Below are positions 53,791-64,000 of a DNA stretch of 64,000 nucleotides, piece after piece (position 1 is the stretch's first letter; each line of letters begins with the position of its first letter). A program made the translations under genes and the position numbers. Under the pieces are notes generated by a model. The model worked only from the letters and a program-made list of their open reading frames with translations. It was not told the DNA's origin and did not search any database. The DNA comes from Eledone cirrhosa (taxonomy: Eukaryota), in contig OZ024743.1 in the NCBI GenBank assembly GCA_964016885.1, positions 38,006,001 to 38,070,000 on the forward strand. Direction: 5' to 3'.

Positions 53791-54066
53791 GAAAATTAAT
53801 GACAGAAAATTAGTATGTTTATTTAGGCGATCGCCAACCGAAAGTGTTGACATTTCAGATATTTTAAAGAAGTGAATCTTTAAATAAAGAAAACATATTT
53901 AATCAACAGCCACGAAAGTTAGTAGATAAATTATGTAATATTCATTCATTATTTATTGAAAGTAATCCAACTTATTTCACTAATGGGATAAAAAATTATA
54001 AACCGTACGCAGTCGCGCGCTCCTCCCTTTATTATAGTTTAGATGAGTTTAAAAAAAAAGAGTTAA

Positions 54067-54671
54067 TCTCCTTATAATATATAATCAGCAATTTCTCTGT
54101 CTGTCTGTCCGACAGTGGAAACACGTGCGCGCGTGCGAATGTTTTTTGCGCACGCGTAGAGAGAGAGTGAGAGTGAACGAAAGAGACAGACTATGAGTGG
54201 GGGATAGCGGGAGGGAGAGAGGGAGAGAGAGAGAGAGAGTGAATAGACGCTTAAACACGTGCGCGCGTGCGGATGTATTTTGCGCACGCGTAGAGAGAGA
54301 GTGAGAGTGAAAGAAAGAGACAGACTACAAGAGGGGGATCGCGGTACGGAGAGAAGGGGGGGGATTAAGGAGTGCTACAGAAACATATATACATTTCTGT
54401 GTGTGTGTAATATATATATATATACACACACAGAAATATATATATATACACACAGAAATATATATACATTTCTGTGTGTGTAAGATATATATATATACAC
54501 ACAGAAATATATATACATTTCTGTGTGTGTAATATATATATATATATACACACAGAAATATATATACATTTCTGTGTGTGTAATATATATATATATAGAC
54601 ACAGAAATATATATATACATTTCTGTGTGTGTAATATATATATATACTAGCAGTGGGTGGTTTTCTGCTAG
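54067..54671 (+). mobile_element. Putative non-autonomous Helitron containing a palindromic minisatellite
   Basis: A|TC start (tctccttataatatataa..ctgtctgtctgtcc), ends gggtggttttctgCTAG like 53310-53339; internal ~135-bp duplication and ~44-bp CACAGAAAT..ATTTCTGTG repeats. Confidence 0.5.
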
Positions 54672-57600
54672 TCTCTATATATATAAATGCAAGTTTACGA
54701 TTCTGTGTGTCCGCCTAAAACTAGCAAACTACCGGACCAAACTCCTCAAAATGACATGTACATATTAACTATACACTCGGACAGGTAACGGTCGAAAAGG
54801 TTTTACTTTGCAATGCAAGGAATTCATTTAAATTCAATTTATCTTATTTTCTAATGAATATCAAAAGATATCATCCATTTTGTTTTTTATATTCTCCAGT
54901 CTGTAGATAAGAGAGTGAGGGATAGGAAAGAGAAATAGAGAGAGTAAGGGATGAGAGAGAAAGAGAGAGAGTGGGTGGATGGGAGAGAAGGTAAGGGATG
55001 AGAGAAAAAGAGAGAGAGTCAGTGGATGGGAGAGAGAGTAAGGAGATGTGAGAGAGAAAGAGATTAAGGGATGAGAGAGAGAGAGTGTGAGATGGGAGAG
55101 AGAGTAAGGGGATGTGAGAGAGAAAGAAAGAGAGTAAGTGGATGAGAGAGAAAGACGATGAAAGAGATAGAGAAAAATTAACCAGCGTTCTTAACTTTTA
55201 TTTATTATTTTTACACACTTTTTAACTCTCCCGCTCCCTTAACGTTATTTATCTTTTCTTTATTTTTTGTTTGCTATTGTGTAGAGGATGAGTGAGAGAA
55301 AGAAAGAGAGGTGATGAGAAAGACAAAGGGAGTGAGGCGGATGGGCAGAGAAAGAAAATAAGAAAAGAGAAAAGATGGCAGAGAGAAAAAAAGTAAAGAG
55401 GTAGGGGAGAGGGAGAGTAATTGGAGGGATTCTTTAACTAACGTGTGTCCGCGTTTATATATATATTTACACACACATATGTGTGTGTTATCGGGGTGGG
55501 GTGGGGGGACGTTCTTTAGCAGATGATATATGTTACCATGAAAGCTTATTTTCTACATATGTCTAAAGAAATCACAGATGCTTTTATAGAAGTTGTATAT
55601 ATGTATGTATATAACAGACAAAAATAAAACGGTATTTATAAAAGATATTATTTGAATATATATATTTTCCGCTGTTATTTGAATTAACACAGAAAATATT
55701 TTTTTTGTAGTGTTTGCCGTTTTTTTGGATACAATCTGAAATCCCAATATTTTCTACATATGTATAACATTAATTACACCTAATATACATTCATATAAAG
55801 AGATCATTTAAAACAACTTTACTGAGTGAACAATACATTCTATAGTTGTTTCTATTTCGGAAAGAGTGTGCTGTGTAATAATTGTTTCTACCTTTGGCAC
55901 AAGGCCAGCAATTATTCCAGTGCATTGCTGGTACTTTATTTTACCGTGTGGTGTGTAATAATATCACTTGAAATGCCTATAAAATGTTCCAGATCATTAT
56001 ATGGAAGGTCATCTTCAGAGGCTAAGACAAAGAAAACACAGCGATCTGAAGAAAGTGAAGAAGTTCGGCATGCCCGTCTAGCTGCTAACAGAGCCCAAAC
56101 AACTTTAGCACGAGCACACCGTTTGGATGGAAGGGAACAAAGGACTGCTGCTACATGAGAACAACACCTTAAGGAACAGCAGTAAAAAGATCAAAAATGC
56201 AGCAACCATTATTCTAGAGCTTTTATTCAGGAAGCTCGGACTGACAATAATGGATACCCCCTTTATCGTAGTCGTAGACCAGAACATGGAGGCAATACTG
56301 CAAGCCTAACAGTTCGAGGAGAGAAGCTGACCATAAACAATCAGTGTGTACATTTTTAAAAGCTCATATCAATGTTGAGTATTGCAGCTCCGCCAAGGCA
56401 ATCCTATATGTCACAAAATATATCAACAAGGGCAGTGACCTGGCTACCTTTATTACTGACAAGAAGCTCAATGATGGTGGGCTGCATGAGGTCAAACGGT
56501 ATCACACAGTTTGATACATCTCCAGCAATGAAGCTATCTGGCGAATCTTTAGATTTGATATCCACCAACGCCACCCAACAGTGGTCAACCTCGAAGTCCA
56601 TCTGGAAAATGGACAGAGAGTATACCTCACTGAGATCACTGCTCATCAATTGGCACAAGCATCACATGACACTACACTAACTTCTTTCTTTAGACTCTGC
56701 CAGAATAATGAATTTGCACGATCCATCCTATATGCTGAAGTCCCAACATACAACACCTGGACCAATTGCAAGACCTGGACTCGAAGAAAGCAGGGTCATT
56801 TAGTGGAAGGTCATGAAGTCAAGTCAAGTGATGCTATTGGGCGTATTTACAATGTCCATCCCAACAACAGAGAATGTTTTTATTTACGGCTACTTCTGCA
56901 TACTGTTCGAAGACCAAGGTCATTTGAGGATCTTAGATGCTTCAGAGGAAGGGAGTGCGCAACATACCAAGAAGCATGTAAACAGCATGGACTCCTGCAT
57001 TACAATGGAGACTGGAAGAAGTGCATAGAAGAAGCAACAATCACTCAAGTAGCCAGTCAAATAAGACAATAACTTGTTATTATGCTCACAGCATGTGGAA
57101 TTAAAGAAGCTCATCTACCCTGGCAGGAGTACAAAAACAATATGTCGGACGACTATCTACACCTAGCCCGAAAACATCATGGCAATATGTATATGGGATA
57201 TACCCCCAGGATTTACAATCAAGCTCTCTGTGACTTAACCCATCGAGTTCAGGCAATGAATAGCACATTGAATAGCACTAACTGCGGGATGCCAGAGCCA
57301 GATGAGGAAATGGCGGTAGCACAAGACATTTTTCAGTAGACAAACTACGATATGAAAATGAACCTCGATTGATGGATGACCAGAAATACGCCTACCACAA
57401 CATCAGCAAAAACATTCAAAATGATAGGAGAGGACTTTTCTTCATCGATGCTCCTGCTGGCACAGGCAAGACATTCCTCATAAACCTCCTGCTTGCAAAA
57501 GTTCGCCAAACGCAACATATTGCCCTTGCTGTTGCTTCAAGTGGCATTGCAGCAACACTTCTGGATGGAAGAAGAACTGCACACTCCATGTTTAAGCTGC

Positions 57601-59665
57601 CCATAGAACTCACACGGCATGAACAATCTTTTTGCAACATCAAGAAGAACTCACCCAAGGGCAAGCTTCTGCAAACATGCAAGATAATAATTTGGGATGA
57701 AGCTACTATAAGCCATAAAGGAGCAATTGAAGCTTTGGACCGGACGATAAGGGATCTGAGAGAAAATAGTTGCATAATGGGAGGAGTGACAATGGTTCTT
57801 GCTGGTCATTTCAGACAAACTCTGCCTGTAATTCTTCGAGGGACTCGAGCTGATCAGGTCAATGCCTGTCTGAAAACATCCTATCTATGGCCCGACTTTC
57901 AGCTGCTGAGCCTTACAACCAACATGCGAGTGCACTTAACTGGTGACGAAGGTGTCACTGAATTTGCCATCCAACTACTTACATTGGGAAATGGACTTCT
58001 TGAAAAGGACTCCATTGACCACATTCAGTTGTCATTTGGCCATATCATTGACACAGAACACGAACTGATTGTCAGAGTGTTTCCAAACATTCAGACCAGG
58101 CAATGTGATCCGAAATGGCTCTGTGAACGAGCAATCTTCGCACCTAAAGATGTTGCTGTGAAGGAAATCAACAGAAGGCTGCTGGAGATGTTACCGGGAG
58201 AGAAAATGTGCTACAAATCAGTTGACACAATCACTTCTCAAGACCAGGTTGTAAACTATCCAACTGAATTTTTGAACAATCTTGAACAAGCGGGAATTCC
58301 TCCACACAACCTGATACGGAAGCTTGGAGCATAGGTTATGCTACTTCGTAATCTGGATCCTCCAAAACTTTGTAATGGTCAAGATTCATCATCAAAAATA
58401 TGATGTCCATTGTTCTAGAAGTTGCAATCATGCCAGGAGAATTTGCTGGTGACAATTGTTTCATTCCCAGAATACCTCTGAAGCCAACTGATTTACCATT
58501 TGAATTTCAAAGACTTCAATTTCCGTTCAGGCTCAGTTTTGCAATGACCATTAATAAATCTCAAGGGCAATCATTGATAGTCGTTGGGCTGAATCTGGCA
58601 GATCTTTCTTTTCACATGGTCAACTCTATGTTGGCACAACAAGGGATGGGAACCCTGATTATCTCTTCATTGTGGCACCACAGGGCAAAACCAGAGGTTT
58701 TGGAATGAGCAATGTCGTAATACCTCATTCAATGACAATACACACAGATCCTAATTCCTTAGTCATGAAGATTGCAAGGAATTCTGAAGCCGCAAATTTA
58801 CTGCATGGTGTTACTTTGGATGAATATGCAGGCACTCTCGAGTACCTCTGCTATATAAAGTAGTATAAGTGAGGAATTTGTTGGGTAGAAATAGCAGCCA
58901 AATTTCCTTCAAATCCCACTTTACTTTCTCAGGTATGTATATATGTATGGTGCAAAAACGGTATGGTTCTATGTGATAACTCGATCTACTAGAAATATTA
59001 GCAAAATCCATTTCAAATCACAAACAACTGTCTTACACACATACATGTGTGTGTATGTATCCATGTATGTCATGTGAGCCACTATAACTGTTGGTATAGC
59101 TAATAGAATTGGAGAACAGATCTCCCTCAAACAAGATCCTACTGCCATAGACGCAAAGATTGGTGAAAGCTACAGTGTACAAATTTAAATACACTTTCCC
59201 CGAATTACAGAAATGAGTAAGTAAACGCTTCATTCAGTCATAAACCATTGCTAAATTTATTTTCCTATTTTATTTATGGTTTTTAAAATAGTCTTTACAT
59301 GTTGTTTGAATTTCAGTGGTTCAGATTGAGCAAAAAAAAAGAAAGAAAAGCATAAAAAAAAATCTAAATTTATTTTTTGGGGTCATGCCCTTTTCACTGA
59401 CAACATACGTAATGATTCATCTATGAGTAAAGCATTATATATGCTGACTGTAATAGGGAGCAGTATTAAAAAAATCCCCACTGGAAAAAAACATTTTTTT
59501 TATCTAGATGATTTACTTTGACCAAACGGCAATACGTATTCTGCTATAATTCTTACTTTGGTTAAAATTCAGCAATCATATTTGAATGGTCATATATTTT
59601 GTAATGTGTGCCAAATATATTGTAACTTTCATAAAATACCCGGGTATCACGGGTAGCTCAGCTAG
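54672..59665 (+). mobile_element. Helitron (decayed autonomous) with intact termini
   Basis: 5' TCTCTATATATATAAA..GTGTGTCCGC; 3' hairpin TACCCG-ggtatca-CGGGTA (59637-59655) then CTAG|T; encloses Rep-helicase remnants. Confidence 0.85.
55973..58710 (+). pseudogene. Helitron RepHel: N-terminus, post-HUH Rep region and Pif1-family helicase
   Basis: GYPLYR, HINVEYC, KY.NKGSD, YISSNEAIWRIF, VHLENGQRVY, ECFYLRLLL; DAPAGTGKT, IIWDEA, G(H)FRQTLPV, NYPTEFLN, QFP.RLSFAMTINKSQGQS; several stops and frameshifts. Confidence 0.93.
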
Positions 59666-62342
59666 TACATAAATAAAGAGTTAATAAATAAATAAAACGT
59701 TATACTTGTTTTACCCTCCCATTTCCAATTAAACCGAACGCTATCATGACTGTATGTGTGTGTTTGTGTAACTGCATGTGTGAATGCATAAATGTATGTT
59801 TGTGCAAATGCATGTATGTATGTTTGTGTGAATGTATGTATATTTGTGTGAAAGTATGTATGTTTGTGTGAAAGTATGTGTGAATGTATGTATATTTGTG
59901 TGAAAGTATGTGTATTTGTGTGAATTATGTCCGTGAGAGTGTATTTATGTTTGCGCGATTATAGTTATATACTCATAATAGTTATATACTTATACATATA
60001 GAGGTATGTATGTGCAAAATCATAATTTCTCTCATCACAAACTCTCTCTTCCTATATATATATGGTAGTTGAAGTGGTGGTGGTGGTGGCGAGGATATAC
60101 CGGAAGTGCAACTTTGAAAAGAAGTCAATTTGAAATTATTTATTTTTACGAAATTATTTTTGTTTACGAAATTGAGTAGATACATTATGTAATATTCATT
60201 CATTATTTATGGGGTCGATAAAATAAAGTACCAGTAATGTACTGGGTAATTGCTGGCCTTGTGCCTAAAGTAGAAACAATTATTTATTCAAAGTAATCCA
60301 ACTTATTTTACAAACAGGATAACAAAAATAAACCGTACGCAATCCCGCAGACCTTCCTTTATTATAGTTTACATAGGTCGTGTTATGTTGAGCATTAAGT
60401 TAATGGAAGCTTGTCTGTAAAGTATTCAATCACTTACACATTGATTCATTAGGCCAAACATTTCAGTTGATGAAATGATTGAATGCTCATCGTCGAAACC
60501 ATCAGATGAGTCTTCATCACCTTGTTTTAAAAGAAACATAAATATATATCAACGATACAAACAATACGAAATCCCCAAATTTGTTGCAAATGATTTACAT
60601 GAAAAGTAGAACACTGGAAGAGACAAACATCAATGTTTAGAGATTATGAATTTTATCCTACCTTAAAACTTTTACATGAAATATATCGCCCACACTTCAT
60701 ATAAAATCCAACATAAAGACAAGAGCGATACTATCCAATATCACATTATCTCACCAACAAATACAGATAAGTCAATACGAAAGCAAGCACCACAAAAAAC
60801 ACCAACGTTTTCCTAGCAACAGTGGAAATACTGTTTCATCAAATAGCCAAAATAAGAATATATCCCACAGCAATAACATCTATCGATATCTCAAACATAA
60901 ACATATATGAATATTGCAATTACATACTCTCCACTGATGAAACGAAAAAAAAAAGCAATGTGAGATTTTCATTTTTTTCTACTGCTGTAGTTGATAGAAT
61001 ACATGGAAATATTGTTTCTAAAAACAAATAATACTAATAATAATTTTTCTTCTTTGCAATACAGCATATAACCGTTCGTATCTATAGAAACATTTTAATA
61101 AACTGTCTTAAAGGAGCGTAAATATCTGCTGAAGCTTCTATCTATTTTTATTAAACCTTTAGGAAAATATTCTAAGTATAAATATTGAAGGTTCTTTCTT
61201 TATATAGAAAGGTGTGTTGCTACACATACCCCATTACTTTATCAAACCTCTCCAAACCATAATATACAACCTTCTCAGAAGCTAGAACGTGAATCAATTA
61301 TCATAGGAATTTGATGCCCTAACCCTAACCTGGACAGAGAAATGCGATAACATCGACATTTTAAATTATATCCTTACATCAGATCCAACTTAACCATGAA
61401 ATGTCAACAGACTATGACAGAAATAATGTGCTGAAGAATTGGTTCTGCATGTCTAATCTATAACTACTTGCTAACAACATTAAAGCAGGAAGGCAGTGAA
61501 GATGGCATCTAAAATAATGGTAGTAGCCGACCTAGCCTTCTGGCTAAGAAATATGCTTCTCAATCGATAAGAATTGAGTTCCCTGACAACACGTGACAAT
61601 TTTGGGAAGTACTTCAACTTCAAGAAGAACTATAGCTTATCAGTAGCATATAGTATGACGAATATACTCGAAGGCCCGTCGTGCACTCAGACAAACACAC
61701 ACACGTTCATAATCGCAATTGACAGAGACCTTTCTGTCATGATGCTGTCGTAGCTGTAGCGTCCTAGGCATTTAAACGTAGCTAACCCTCCTCATATTTG
61801 AACACAATTAGTTTCTTCCAGATACAGTGCGGAATAGATATTGAGGAACAGTCTATCTCACTACAGGCGTTTTACATCGGTTATATTGATTTCAAAAGAA
61901 TGAAAACCAAAATTGATCTCAATGGAATTTTAACTCACGGAACAGAGATCCGGAACGAATACCACAACTCTGCCAAATCACCTCCTTCCATCCAATAAGA
62001 TGAATTGTTGATTATGTTCTGAATGTACTCTGAATCCCCTAAAATGTATACCTAAGTATCCAAATATTATTTTCTTTATCCAATCTCATGCCATAAAAGA
62101 ATATTTATTTCTGCTGAGATTCACATCACGTGTATAGAGATGATTTTAAAACATTTTGCTAAAGACCAGTGACGCTGAAAATGTAAGTCGTGTTGCTTTT
62201 CAACACTTGAGAATACTTAGATGAAATAAACAATTTGTATGTCTGCAAATGATTACATCATTGCCTCATTACAGATAAAATCACATGTATTGCATTTTGG
62301 AAGCTGGAATACAAAACGTCATTGAAGATATATCCCTTAAAC

Positions 62343-62441
<99 letters not shown>

Positions 62442-62471
62442 GTATATATATATAATAGTATATATATATAC

Positions 62472-62515
<44 letters not shown>

Positions 62516-64000
62516 TTATATAAAAATATGCATATACGCTAATATAATATAATGTAATGTAGCTGCATGAATCATTGTTGGTTTTCAATCACATATACAT
62601 AGATTTCAAAACATTGAAATGTTTTTTTTTTACTTCCTCCCAGCTGACTGCGGTTCAATGTTATGTTGATTTATTTCTTCTCTCTAGTATTATACAACGC
62701 AGCATGAGTAACTGAGCAAACATATATGATTCTATGCACAGGCTGCCACTACATGCAGTGTTTCTTTCGGATGATGTGAGAAACTATTGACGGTTACATA
62801 TGCTTTTAGTTACGAACAGCTGTATTATACGTTTGGAAACATTTTAAGCGATTAAGCACTTCGCTTTAATGTGTATACAAATCGGCATGTGTTAGTTTAC
62901 ACACTTACACACGCATACGCACATTGGCACAGGTTTTTTGTCTGGCTGTGTGTGTGTCTATCCTGCTCTCACACACTCATGTATATAAACCTATACACAT
63001 AAAGGAAAATTATCACGAGGAACATTGACGCACCATCGGCTATATTGTAAACATTGCAACTTGCAACAAGAAAGATGAAAGGAAATCTGTTTTCATGGTT
63101 ATATAGGTCATGCTTAGTGATAGTCTACTAGTTAGAAGATGACAGGCGTTCTAATCTAATACTGCCCTGTATTTAGAAATTCTGTTTAATATGACTAAAT
63201 CTAAAGTATTGTAAATATTTATAAGACAGTAAACTTTCATTAGAGAGAGGTTTTAATTGTTCACGATACTGTGATTACGGAGACACTGCCACTGATATGT
63301 GTAGATAGTAAAGGGGCAGGGTGAAGAAATTGCTTATCAGGACATACATGAGGCAACTATTTAAAACAGACGTCATAACGGAAGTAATGTTATCGGAAAT
63401 AGTTTGGAAATGAAATTAAGAGATTAATCAGTGTTTCAAATTATACACTTAACGAACTTGAATTGATATAATAGATATTTGGAATAGGATTAATGAGCAT
63501 TCAATATAAACTGATCTAGCTAAAATTCAATGTTCTGATATCGAATTAGTTGAGCTATAAAATCTATTGTTTAATCACCGTCCAGCGTCTAATCTTTTGT
63601 TCGTTCTAACTAGATATGCCAGACACAATATTAGAACATATTGATAAAATCAAATAGAAATATTTATAATCTTAAGCATAATAAAGTGATACTGAAGCAT
63701 ATAAATCGGAGCATATACATATAATTTGACAAGAAAGATGAAATAGATGAAACCAGATATGTCAGTTTCATATAAATGTATCTATCCACAGCTCGTGCAG
63801 GCCTGGTTTAATTAACCAGATTATTATAGACTGAGTCTCAAACATTTCTAGTACTTTTTCGATTCTTACGATTTATATTCATGACTGTTGAGTGATTGTA
63901 GAAAACAGTGGAGTATGAGAGGATTTGCTGCATTTCAACTGTTGATTTTCTCACACTGGCAACCCATTGTTATATGTCCATTATATCTAACATATAACTT

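Noticed and set aside
54380-54645. Palindromic ~44-bp repeats resembling a CRISPR array
   Set aside because: No unique spacers, eukaryotic context, no cas genes; it is a minisatellite.
57369-58334. Host PIF1 helicase gene
   Set aside because: Intronless, disrupted, fused to Rep-region motifs and enclosed by Helitron termini.
60400-64000. Possible host exons in the last 3.6 kb
   Set aside because: Only short ORFs with no recognisable domain or convincing splice pattern; small exons cannot be excluded without RNA-seq.

Overview
AT-rich eukaryotic (metazoan) intergenic or intronic DNA with no recognisable host exon. The (TA)n/(CA)n-microsatellite load and the SINE types suggest a mollusc, probably a cephalopod such as Octopus (inference). 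The window is a graveyard of transposable elements. It holds a near-intact Penelope-like element (PLE, Naiad-type: ADKT / YRDD / CxC-CPL-GIY-YIG; 24840-29057, minus strand) and several 5'-truncated PLE copies with inverted termini. It also holds a near-full-length Tx1-clade LINE (37696-43110), a decayed autonomous Helitron with intact termini (54672-59665), R4/Dong-like, RTE and CR1 fragments, two Tc1/mariner relics, two SINE families and MITE-like inverted repeats. Nearly all Y/I-, C/V- and H/T-rich ORFs in the track are microsatellite artefacts. The most notable signal is RNA-level. At least 7 type I hammerhead ribozyme motifs with clear stems (6 with a canonical core, 1 variant) and several degenerate ones are read directly from the sequence, mostly in short non-coding elements inserted in (TA)n. 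These include a circularly permuted ~525-nt retrozyme-like unit (7378-8140) and a four-copy ~200-bp fold-back family that looks like the 3' half of a hammerhead duplicated in inverted orientation. A ~1.6-kb-arm inverted duplication centred exactly on a mariner element (44381-48793) is the other striking structure.
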